DNA from: Candidatus Omnitrophota bacterium | GTDB lineage: Bacteria; Omnitrophota; Gorgyraeia; Gygaellales; Profunditerraquicolaceae | Direction of reading: 5' to 3' | DNA: 64,000 nucleotides | Assembly: GCA_026387335.1 (NCBI GenBank) | Contig: JAPLLX010000004.1 | Coordinates: 189,485-253,484, forward strand | Part shown: in pieces, positions 56,072-64,000 of the stretch | Layout: every line of letters starts with the position of its first letter | How positions within the stretch are numbered: position 1 is the first letter of the stretch | Notes under the pieces: generated by a model | The model's database searches: none | What the model saw: the letters and a program-made list of their open reading frames with translations, nothing else | What the model was told of the DNA's origin: nothing | Made by a program: the position numbers and the translations under genes

Positions 56072-56852
56072 CTAAAAGGCTCTTCTGAATCCTGGTGATT
56101 GCATTAGCCCGGCCTGTTTTTTCATCTATATCCACTACCACGGCGCAGAGCTTAATATTCTTATCCGCTACTTCAAACCTGACCGGCAAACCGGTTAAAA
56201 ACCTCTCTAAGACATTATCTACGTTCCTACCGATAACTGAATCGTAGGGCCCGCACATACCTACATCGGTCAGATAGGCTGTGCCCTGCGGGAGGATCCT
56301 TTCATCCGCGGTCTGAATATGGGTGTGCGTACCTAAGACTGCCGAAACCTTGCCATCAAGATACCAACCCAAGGCTACCTTTTCAGAAGTAGCTTCGGCA
56401 TGGATATCCACAATAATTATCTTTGTTTCCTGAATAATCTCCTGTTGGGCGGCCAGCGTTGTTTTGAAGGGGCACTCCAGGGCATCCATAAAAACCCGGC
56501 CATTAACATTGATTACTCCGACCGGCTTAGCGCCTTTAGTTTTAAAAACTCCGCTACCCCGTCCGGGGGCTAAAGCCGGAAAGTTTAAAGGCCTTAATAT
56601 TCTTTTTTCATGGCTGATTAATTCATATATTTCTTTTCTCTTCCAGATATGGTCCCCGGAAGTAAGCACATCGACTCCGGAATCAAATAATTCATCCGCT
56701 ACCTTAGGGATGATCCCGGAACCGCCGGAAGCATTTTCAGCGTTAGCAATAACAAAATCCAGCGCATATTCCTCTTTTAGGCCCGGGAGGAGTTTATTAA
56801 TCGCCCTTCTTCCGGGGCTACCCACTATGTCGCCGATAAATAATATTTTCAT
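56064..56852 (-). CDS. ymdB: YmdB-like metallophosphoesterase (TIGR00282)
   Basis: [47 protein letters not shown]... Confidence 0.85.
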   Translation of the reverse strand: MKILFIGDIVGSPGRRAINKLLPGLKEEYALDFVIANAENASGGSGIIPKVADELFDSGVDVLTSGDHIWKRKEIYELISHEKRILRPLNFPALAPGRGSGVFKTKGAKPVGVINVNGRVFMDALECPFKTTLAAQQEIIQETKIIIVDIHAEATSEKVALGWYLDGKVSAVLGTHTHIQTADERILPQGTAYLTDVGMCGPYDSVIGRNVDNVLERFLTGLPVRFEVADKNIKLCAVVVDIDEKTGRANAITRIQKSLLDE

Positions 56853-58405
56853 TTTGCGTACTCTATCGCCCTGGTTTCACGGATAACCGTGACTTTGATC
56901 TGTCCCGGATATTCCATGCCCTCTTCTATTTTTTTACGGATCTCTCTGGACATATTAATAGCTTCGGCGTCAGTAATCTTTTCCGGTTGGACTATCACGC
57001 GTATTTCGCGTCCAGCCTGGATGGCAAAAGATTTTTCTACTCCCTTAAAAAGATTAGCGATAGACTCCAGCTTTTCTAAACGCTTAATATAAGTTTCTAA
57101 GGTTTCCCGCCGGGCTCCGGGACGGGCAGCGCTGATAGCGTCTGCGGCTATTGCTAACACCGCATATAAGCTCTGGGGAGCCGTCTCTTCATGATGCGCT
57201 TCAATAGCCATAACTACATCCGGGGATTCCCCGTATTTCCTGGCTAAATCCGCTCCCAACTTAGCGTGCGTGCCTTCAACCTGATGATCAACCGCCTTAC
57301 CTATGTCATGCAGGAGGCCGATTCTACGGGATAACTTAAAATCCAAACCCATCTCAGAAGCCATGGCTCCCAATAAGAATGACGCTTCCTTGGAGTGTTG
57401 CAAGGCGTTCTGCCCAAAGCTGGTGCGGTATTTCAGACGGCCAAGTAATTTAATCAACTCCGGATGCAAACCGTGCACACCTGCCTCAAATGCCGCGCGT
57501 TCTCCTTCTTCGCGGATCTTCTCATCCATTTCCTTTTTTGTTTTTTCCACAATTTCTTCGATTCTTCCCGGATGTATCCTGCCGTCGGCAAGAAGTTTCT
57601 CCAGGCTTAAGCGCGCGATCTCGCGGCGCACAGCGTCAAAAGCAGAAATAGTTACCGCTTCCGGGGTATCGTCAATGATCACATCTACACCCGTGGCCAT
57701 TTCCAGGGCGCGGATATTCCTTCCTTCGCGGCCAATGACCCGGCCCTTCATCTCATCGTTCGGTAAAGTCACTACACTCACCGTAGATTCCACGGTATGC
57801 TCTGCCGCGCACTTTTGTATGGCCAAGCTTAATATCTCCCTGGCTTTTTTATCAGAGAGGCTGCGCACCTCTTCCTCCTGCTTCTTAATCAAAGCTGCCT
57901 TTTCGTTATTTAATTCTTCGCTGACCCGGTTTAGTAAGATCTGCTTTGCCTCATCCGCCGATAAAGAAGAAATCTTCTGCAGCCTTTCTTTTTCCTCGCC
58001 AATGAGCGCGTGCAATTGCGCGTCTTTTGCTTTTAGCGCTTCGTCCTGCTTCCGGATATTCTCATGCTTGGACTCCAGCTCTTTTTCTTTTTTCTCCAAA
58101 AGATCCAGTCTGCGGTCAATGTTTTCTTCTTTTTGGGCCAACCTTTTCTCCATATTGGAGATTTCCTGGCGCCTATCTTTTGTTTCGCGCTCAAAATCCT
58201 GACGCACGCGATAAAGCAGGTCTTTGGCTTCCAGCTCTACTTCCCGGCGCTTATCCTGAGCTTCTTTTCTAGCCTGCTCCAGGATATGCTGGGCCTTAGA
58301 CTCGGCATCCTGAATTTTTTTCTCAGCTACATGCTTTCTAAAAACATAGCCCGCAAAAATAGAAGCGCAGGCGACAACTAAAACTATCAATATGGTTAAT
58401 AACAT
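56849..58405 (-). CDS. rny: Ribonuclease Y
   Basis: N-terminal TM, coiled coil, KH domain (...[22 protein letters not shown]...), HD domain (...[11 protein letters not shown]...). Confidence 0.9.
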   Translation of the reverse strand: MLLTILIVLVVACASIFAGYVFRKHVAEKKIQDAESKAQHILEQARKEAQDKRREVELEAKDLLYRVRQDFERETKDRRQEISNMEKRLAQKEENIDRRLDLLEKKEKELESKHENIRKQDEALKAKDAQLHALIGEEKERLQKISSLSADEAKQILLNRVSEELNNEKAALIKKQEEEVRSLSDKKAREILSLAIQKCAAEHTVESTVSVVTLPNDEMKGRVIGREGRNIRALEMATGVDVIIDDTPEAVTISAFDAVRREIARLSLEKLLADGRIHPGRIEEIVEKTKKEMDEKIREEGERAAFEAGVHGLHPELIKLLGRLKYRTSFGQNALQHSKEASFLLGAMASEMGLDFKLSRRIGLLHDIGKAVDHQVEGTHAKLGADLARKYGESPDVVMAIEAHHEETAPQSLYAVLAIAADAISAARPGARRETLETYIKRLEKLESIANLFKGVEKSFAIQAGREIRVIVQPEKITDAEAINMSREIRKKIEEGMEYPGQIKVTVIRETRAIEYAK

Positions 58406-58545
58406 AGACTACCTCCTTAAACGGCTGTCATTACGAGGAGGGCTTTAGCCCGACGAAGTAATCTCTTTTTTCAGGGATTGCTTCGCCACCGCCTCCGGCG
58501 GGGCTCGCAATGACTATGAACGATTTGAAAACTGAACTTTTGTTT

Positions 58546-59091
58546 TTAAGCGAAGAGTACTTTTTTAACGCTCACATCGTGGAGTGAAGTGGGGATAACG
58601 CGCAAGATCTGAAGATTAAATGCCAAACCGATAGAAGGAGTGTCTTTAGGGATTTTGCTTAAGAAACGGTCATAATAACCTTTTCCTCTGCCCAGGCGGT
58701 TGCCTTTTTTATCAAAAGCGACTCCCGGTGTAATCACTAGATCCAAATCCTCGGGCCTGATAAATCTGCTGATCACAGGCTCAGGCACTCCATAAGGGCC
58801 TTTTTTCAAGTGGGCATGACTATCTAATATAGCTGGCCTTAATGACGCTCTATTTTTCACACAAACTGGCACGGCAATAATCTTACCTAATCTTTTCGCT
58901 CTCTCTATCATTTCGCGCGTATCCACCTCGCCCTTCATGGCGATGTAAAACATTATCTTCTTCGCTTTTCTAAATTCCGTTTGTCTTAAAAGTTTACCTT
59001 TAATTAACCTGCTTTTTTGTTTACGGTCCTCCTCCTTCTGTGTTTGAAGCTTATGTAGAATTTTACTACGTAATGCTCGCTTTGTCAACAT
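58546..59091 (-). CDS. 5-formyltetrahydrofolate cyclo-ligase
   Basis: ...MFYIAMKGEVDT...GNRLGRGKGYYDRFL... Confidence 0.8.
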   Translation of the reverse strand: MLTKRALRSKILHKLQTQKEEDRKQKSRLIKGKLLRQTEFRKAKKIMFYIAMKGEVDTREMIERAKRLGKIIAVPVCVKNRASLRPAILDSHAHLKKGPYGVPEPVISRFIRPEDLDLVITPGVAFDKKGNRLGRGKGYYDRFLSKIPKDTPSIGLAFNLQILRVIPTSLHDVSVKKVLFA

Positions 59092-59100
59092 ACCTAAATC

Positions 59101-59553
59101 CTATAAACAGGTTTCGCTTTCATGCTTATGCTCCTTAGAATCAAAAGGAATAGGCAATCCCCGCTTAGTATAATAATCTTTTAATGCCGAACGTAAGGCT
59201 TCTTCCGCTAAAACCGAACAATGCATTTTAATCGCCGGTAAACCCCCTAACGCCTCAGCTACCGCCTTATTGGTAATCTTTAATGCTTCCGCAATCGGTT
59301 TTCCTTTGACCATCTCGGTGACCATGGAACTCGTGGCGACCGCCGCTCCGCAGCCGAAGGTCTTAAACTTGATATCTATAATTATATTGTCTTTTATTTT
59401 AAGGTACATTTTCATAACATCACCACAGATTGCGTTGCCGACTGTTCCAATGCCATCTGCATCGGGAATCTCCCCACAATTTCTTGGATTCAGGAAATGC
59501 TCCATAACCTTTTCTGAATATGGGCCGCGGAATTTATCTTTCTCTTCTGACAT
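59101..59553 (-). CDS. iscU: Fe-S cluster assembly scaffold NifU/IscU
   Basis: ...NPRNCGEIPDADGIGTVGNAICGDVMKMYLKI... Confidence 0.85.
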   Translation of the reverse strand: MSEEKDKFRGPYSEKVMEHFLNPRNCGEIPDADGIGTVGNAICGDVMKMYLKIKDNIIIDIKFKTFGCGAAVATSSMVTEMVKGKPIAEALKITNKAVAEALGGLPAIKMHCSVLAEEALRSALKDYYTKRGLPIPFDSKEHKHESETCL

Positions 59554-60588
59554 TTAACCCATCCTTAGATTATCAAACCTATTATTTCTCTCAACGATAT
59601 TCTTTTCTGCTTTCTTTAATGCTATCTTTAGTCTTTGATGTTTGATATAAGGAGCGATACATTTGAATAAACTTAATAGGTCTTTTTTTCTATACACTGC
59701 GATCCGCCAAAAATCATGTTTTGTTTTATATGTTTTCTTAATCCCTCTCTGCCTATCCCTTAGGGATAAGTTAACTTTTGCTCCTTTTGGTTGATCCAAA
59801 TTAAATTTTGATTTTATCCCATATTTTTCTAATTCATTCTTGATTTGGATTAAAATATTTTTGTCATAAGTACCAACTCTTAAATAAGCAAAACCACCGG
59901 AATGGATATTTATCTCTCCTTCGGCATCAAGATAGCCTGCAAAAAACGCAAAAAATAGCTTACGATTTCGTAAGATCCACTTTTTAATCAAATCTTGCTT
60001 GGGTAGTAAAAAATTAAACGAAGGATTCAACGCGCATTGAATCCTAATAATATCTGTCTTATCAGATTTTGTTATACGTACGTACCCATATTTAATAAAT
60101 AAACCGCGGATTAAATTAATCTGCTCTAGGTGAGTAGATGCGCACTCAACGGAAAGTATCTTTCCGTTTTTCTCATATTTTCTTACATGTAAATCCCCCA
60201 AGCGAAACCCAATAAGATAAGATTTCTCAATTAGATCTTCGCTAAAATCATATTTAGGGTATCTTATATGTGATGCGGAAAAATCTCGGATCTTTATATC
60301 ATATTCTTTCAATCTATTTAAGATCGTACCTGACGTGCATGAATACATTTTAGCTATTTGTACACTGGACTTTCCATCATCCACATATAAACAATTTAAC
60401 CTGTCTTTTGGAATTCTAATTTTTACTGACATGGAAAGCCGAACATGAACGCCATATTTATGTAAACTTCTCTGGATAGTCGTCTTACCGCAAGTAAAAA
60501 ACTTTGCTAATTCTCCTATAGAAAACCTCTTTTTCTCATAAAAATATCTTAATTGACCTTTGGGTATTCCAACTTTACTCTTTCCCAT
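59554..60588 (-). CDS. Free-standing LAGLIDADG homing endonuclease with N-terminal HTH modules
   Basis: Two LAGLIDADG-type motifs: ...SYLIGFRLGDLHV... and ...FFAFFAGYLDAEGEI... AT-rich compared with the flanking genes. Wedged with zero spacing between iscU and the MTHFR-C-like gene. Confidence 0.7.
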   Translation of the reverse strand: MGKSKVGIPKGQLRYFYEKKRFSIGELAKFFTCGKTTIQRSLHKYGVHVRLSMSVKIRIPKDRLNCLYVDDGKSSVQIAKMYSCTSGTILNRLKEYDIKIRDFSASHIRYPKYDFSEDLIEKSYLIGFRLGDLHVRKYEKNGKILSVECASTHLEQINLIRGLFIKYGYVRITKSDKTDIIRIQCALNPSFNFLLPKQDLIKKWILRNRKLFFAFFAGYLDAEGEINIHSGGFAYLRVGTYDKNILIQIKNELEKYGIKSKFNLDQPKGAKVNLSLRDRQRGIKKTYKTKHDFWRIAVYRKKDLLSLFKCIAPYIKHQRLKIALKKAEKNIVERNNRFDNLRMG

Positions 60589-60600
60589 CTTAACCTCAAT

Positions 60601-61257
60601 CTATATTTTATTTAAAATTAACTTATGCGGTTTGCCGGATTTCTTAAAATCTTTTGGGCCGCGGATTTCTTTTAAGGATTCTAATTTATTCTTTTTCTCT
60701 AATTCCTTATAGATTAAAACCCAGGCGCAATCTCTATCCTTATCTACTTCGCATTTGCCTTTATTCATCCCACCACAAGGCCCGTTAAGCAGGCCTTTGG
60801 CGCAAAGCGTAATCGGACAGATGCCGCCGGTCACCTGCAAAACACACTCGGCGCACAAAGAGCACTTTTCGTAAAAATCGCCTTTTGCGTCCATTACCGC
60901 GCCGAAAATACTATTACAGGCAGGATAAACCGCTAAGCCCAACCGGTCATTATCTTTAACTGATTGCGCTCCCAGGCCGCAAGATAAAACTAAAATAGCT
61001 TCTGCCTCCCGCAAAACAGACATATTTTTAGCCAGTTCTGTTTTAAGTTTAGCGGCTACGCAGGGCGCGGATGGTATGCAAAAACCTACAACAATCTTGC
61101 CTTGAGCCTCTAAATCCTGCTTCATCTTCAGGATTTCCGGCTCTCCTCCTGTTTTACAGGTGGTCGCGCACTCGCCGCAGCCAACTAGAAAGATTTTGGT
61201 ATAACCTTTTAAGCTATCTATAATATCCTGAATGGGTTTTAGCTCTGTTATAATCAT
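60601..61257 (-). CDS. Cys-rich protein resembling the methylene-tetrahydrofolate reductase C-terminal domain (MTHFR_C, MetV-like)
   Basis: Multiple CxxC / CGxC motifs (VGCGECATTC, CSLCAEC, CPITLCAKGLLNGPCGG). Confidence 0.5.
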   Translation of the reverse strand: MIITELKPIQDIIDSLKGYTKIFLVGCGECATTCKTGGEPEILKMKQDLEAQGKIVVGFCIPSAPCVAAKLKTELAKNMSVLREAEAILVLSCGLGAQSVKDNDRLGLAVYPACNSIFGAVMDAKGDFYEKCSLCAECVLQVTGGICPITLCAKGLLNGPCGGMNKGKCEVDKDRDCAWVLIYKELEKKNKLESLKEIRGPKDFKKSGKPHKLILNKI

Positions 61258-61272
61258 GTAAAAATTTTACCA

Positions 61273-63204
61273 CTATTTATAGGCCAGGGCAAGGACAAAC
61301 TTATCCATAATCCCGCCTTCATCCAGGAAACGCGAGAGCTGCGTAAAGACTGTGCCCCCTCCATCCATAAAACTTCTGGGTGAACGGTCAATATGCGGTT
61401 TAAGCAAAAACAGGTTTTCTTTTGCCCGGGTCGCCGCAACATAAAAAAGCCGGCGCTCTTCTTCAATACTCTCTTCATCCTCTAAAGATAAATATGAAGG
61501 CAGGTGTCCTTCGGCAACATAGATAAGAAATACCGTATGCCACTCTAAGCCCTTGGCAGAGTGAATTGTTGAAAGTGTAAGTGAAGAGTCGCCTTTATCT
61601 TTTAAACCCGCCTCAAAAATACTGCGCTCCGGAGGCTCTAAAGCCATATCCGTTAAAAACTGCTCTAAAGATTTATACCGCGATGAAATACGCAATAATG
61701 AATCCAGGTCATTTATCCTTTTGTGAAAATCATCGTATTTATGTTTAAGCAACGGCTGATAATATTCCAAGAATTTTTCAATGATTTTAGCGGGACCTTG
61801 CTGGATAGGATCAATTTGTTTTAATATCTCAAAAAGCTTGTTTAACTCATCCCTGTTTTTTATGATGCCACCCTGACCAGCCTTATTTTTGTCTATAGCG
61901 AGACTGTTTATTATTTTCTCTGCGCTTTTAGGCCCTATCCCGGGGATTAATAACAGCGCGCGCAGCCAGCTTACCTGATCAGAAACATTATAGACGATGC
62001 GTAAATATGAGATAATATCCTTAATGTGCGCAGCCTCCACAAATTTTTGCCCGCCGTATTTAACAAACGGGATATTGCGGCCGGCTAATTCTACTTCCAA
62101 GTCATTTGAATGCCAGCCTGAACGGAATAATACCGCCATATCTTTTAAATCAACCCCTTCTTCCCTCAACTCCAATATTTTATCCGCGATATAACGGGAT
62201 TGGGCGTTTTCATCATCGGCGTCAATGAAAACCGGCTGTTCTCCTCCTTTTTTTCTGGTATAAAGGTTCTTCTCAAATTTTTCTTTTGCTCTTCCAATCA
62301 CCTCATTCGTCAGGTTTAGAATGGCTTGAGTTGAGCGATAATTCTCTTCCAGAGTTATGACCTTAGTATTCTTAAAGAGCCGGGGGAAATCCATTATATT
62401 CCTGAAGTTTGCGCCCCTGAAAGAATAAATACTCTGCGCATCGTCGCCGACAACCATGATGTTTTTATGGACCGCGGCCAGAAGACAGGTAATCTGCGCC
62501 TGAAGTTTATTGGTATCCTGATATTCATCAACCATGATATATTTGTATTTGCGGGAAAGGTAGAAACGGACATCTTCGTGATCACTTAAAAGGTTTTTTA
62601 AATAAACCAGGAGGTCATCATAATCTAAAAGTGATTTTGCGGCCTTATATTTGCGGTATTCTGCGCGGATTTTCTTAATCTCATCGCCAAATTCCAGAAA
62701 CTGCGGGTATTCATCGTACAAGACATCTTCCAGCTTTTCGGATTTATTGATACTCTTAGAAATCACCTCTAAAATGGCTCTTTTTCTGGGAAAGCGCTTT
62801 TCAGTTTTATTAAAACCCAATTGGGTGCGGATTAAATTTATTGTATCTTCGGCGTCAGATTCATCCAGAATAGAAAAACTGCTTGAGAGGCCCAATACTC
62901 TGGCGTGCCTTCTCAAGGTAGCGTTGGCAAATGAATGAAAGGTGCCTCCTGAAACCCGCGAGCAGCGCTCATCCAAAAGCAGAGTCGCCCGGCGCAACAT
63001 CTCTTCGGCTGCCCGGCGGGTAAAGGTCAGCAGCAGGATCTCATCCGGCTTCACCCCTTTTTCCACCAGATGCGCCACCCGGTGCACCAATACACGCGTC
63101 TTTCCGCTGCCTGCTCCGGCAATCACCAGGTATGAGCCGTCAATTGATTCCACGGCTTCCAGCTGCGCCGGATTCAGTTCGTTTTTATAGTCTATTTTTT
63201 TCAC
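61273..63204 (-). CDS. pcrA: UvrD/PcrA-family ATP-dependent DNA helicase
   Basis: Walker A AGAGSGKTRVLVHRVAHL; helicase motifs throughout. Confidence 0.9.
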   Translation of the reverse strand: MKKIDYKNELNPAQLEAVESIDGSYLVIAGAGSGKTRVLVHRVAHLVEKGVKPDEILLLTFTRRAAEEMLRRATLLLDERCSRVSGGTFHSFANATLRRHARVLGLSSSFSILDESDAEDTINLIRTQLGFNKTEKRFPRKRAILEVISKSINKSEKLEDVLYDEYPQFLEFGDEIKKIRAEYRKYKAAKSLLDYDDLLVYLKNLLSDHEDVRFYLSRKYKYIMVDEYQDTNKLQAQITCLLAAVHKNIMVVGDDAQSIYSFRGANFRNIMDFPRLFKNTKVITLEENYRSTQAILNLTNEVIGRAKEKFEKNLYTRKKGGEQPVFIDADDENAQSRYIADKILELREEGVDLKDMAVLFRSGWHSNDLEVELAGRNIPFVKYGGQKFVEAAHIKDIISYLRIVYNVSDQVSWLRALLLIPGIGPKSAEKIINSLAIDKNKAGQGGIIKNRDELNKLFEILKQIDPIQQGPAKIIEKFLEYYQPLLKHKYDDFHKRINDLDSLLRISSRYKSLEQFLTDMALEPPERSIFEAGLKDKGDSSLTLSTIHSAKGLEWHTVFLIYVAEGHLPSYLSLEDEESIEEERRLFYVAATRAKENLFLLKPHIDRSPRSFMDGGGTVFTQLSRFLDEGGIMDKFVLALAYK

Positions 63205-64000
63205 GAATCTTTCTTTTGCTTCTGCTTTTCTTCAAGAAGTTTCTGGGTGATCTCCTGCGGGACTTGCTGGTATTTAGAAAACTCCATCGTGGCATTGGCC
63301 CGGCCGCTGGATAGAGAGCGGAAAGCCGTGGCGTAACCAAACATCTCGGATAAAGGGGCTTCGGCGCTTATAACTTCCTGTTTGCCTTTGGCAGTCATAC
63401 CCAGGATCTTGCCGCGGCGCGAACAGATATAGCCGATACAGGCGTTAAGATATTCTTCGGGGGTCACAACTTCCAGGGACATATACGGCTCAAGCAATAT
63501 CGGGGACGCCTTCATAAACGCCTCTTTAAAACCAAAGATGCCGGCCATTTTAAAAGCCAGCTCCGAGGAATCTACTTCATGGAACGAGCCGTCATACAAC
63601 TCTACTTTCACATCTACCACCGGGAATCCTACATACACGCCATTTTGCATAGCTTCAATCACGCCTTTTTCTACTGCCGGGATAAATGAACGGGGTATCG
63701 CCCCTCCTTTTATATTATCAATAAACTCAAAACCCTCACCTGTTTGAGCGGGAATCAATCTTAATAGAACATGGCCGTATTGGCCGCGGCCGCCGGATTG
63801 CTTAATATACTTACCCTCGCCTTCGGATTTTTCGAGTATGGTCTCCCTGTACGCGACTTTAGGCTGGCCAACAATCGCTTCCACTCCGAATTCGGTTTTT
63901 AACCTGTCCACGACAATCTCTAAGTGCAGTTCGCCCATTCCGGTAAGGACAACTTCTTTAGTTTCAGCGTCGGTATTCACTAAAAATGTCGGGTCCTCTT
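63201..64000 (-). CDS. fusA: Elongation factor G, C-terminal part (gene continues beyond the window end)
   Basis: ...GELHLEIVVDRLKTEFGVEAIVGQPKVAYRETI... Confidence 0.9.
   Translation of the reverse strand, partial: EDPTFLVNTDAETKEVVLTGMGELHLEIVVDRLKTEFGVEAIVGQPKVAYRETILEKSEGEGKYIKQSGGRGQYGHVLLRLIPAQTGEGFEFIDNIKGGAIPRSFIPAVEKGVIEAMQNGVYVGFPVVDVKVELYDGSFHEVDSSELAFKMAGIFGFKEAFMKASPILLEPYMSLEVVTPEEYLNACIGYICSRRGKILGMTAKGKQEVISAEAPLSEMFGYATAFRSLSSGRANATMEFSKYQQVPQEITQKLLEEKQKQKKDS

Noticed and set aside
57303-58381. 299-aa and 105-aa + strand ORFs (Ser/Phe-rich)
   Set aside because: Antisense of rny (RNase Y), which has a clear homology-supported frame.

Overview
This 64-kb window looks like a chromosomal segment from an uncultivated diderm bacterium. 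It encodes a secretin, an OM beta-barrel porin, a SurA-like PPIase and a TonB-C domain, and the gene content is reminiscent of Omnitrophota-like lineages that carry giant genes. Nearly every gene is on the minus strand.

- **Giant gene (1..19551).** A single uninterrupted minus-strand reading frame runs from its ATG at about 19549-19551 down through position 1 and off the window. This is at least 6,516 codons. It is absent from the supplied ORF track, apparently because it has no in-window stop, and every listed + ORF in this span is antisense noise. I translated parts of it by hand. It encodes a multi-domain membrane and surface protein:
  - an N-terminal signal anchor followed by a C39-like (double-glycine-type) Cys peptidase domain;
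  - a Gly/Ala-rich block of several TM helices;
  - an embedded P-loop kinase-like domain (APPSAGKST);
  - a second papain-fold-like Cys/His segment;
  - a Gly-rich linker;
  - a LysM domain sandwiched between TM helices;
  - a Lys/Glu/Ala-rich charged region and further TM helices;
  - near the window start, a J-domain-like HSD segment.

  Its roughly 275-nt leader carries a near-consensus sigma70 promoter and what I read as a GEMM-I (c-di-GMP-I) riboswitch.

- **AT-rich non-coding island (19.9-20.6 kb).** It holds three TAGAnTGGACA(T/A)T direct repeats, with a fourth copy sitting in the promoter of a Tad-locus gene. It also holds a mini-element bounded by about 50-bp terminal inverted repeats that carries a degraded four-helix-bundle gene of the 23S-IVS protein family.

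- **20.6-22.6 kb.** An outer-membrane porin and a Fic/Doc-HTH toxin-antitoxin pair with a palindromic operator.

- **Tad/Flp pilus locus (22.6-39.3 kb).** It contains tadB and tadC, TadE/TadG-like pseudopilins, and at least 10 Flp-type pilin paralogs sharing an A/G-QSxLEY processing motif; three of these are under 60 aa and absent from the track. It also contains an HTH plus E/K coiled-coil protein, a DUF192 protein, a fused CpaE-CpaF ATPase, a secretin with a C-terminal TonB-C domain, CpaB, a SurA-like PPIase and a small membrane protein. No prepilin peptidase is in the window.

- **39.5-43.2 kb.** A FIST sensor, a GAF histidine kinase and a REC-GGDEF regulator with a variant GGDDF motif.

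- **Remainder.** Three tRNAs (Glu-CUC, Leu-GAG, Gln-CUG), a CaCA antiporter, a YddW-like and a GH-like hydrolase, gltX, porDABG, dxs, xseAB, ymdB, rny, a 5-formyl-THF cyclo-ligase, iscU/nifU, pcrA/uvrD and the 3' part of fusA. An AT-rich free-standing LAGLIDADG homing-endonuclease gene is wedged between iscU and an MTHFR-C-like gene. A roughly 45-nt hairpin repeat (AATAGGGACAGCGACC...) occurs three times at operon boundaries.

All hand translations and coordinates of unlisted features are approximate to within a few nucleotides.
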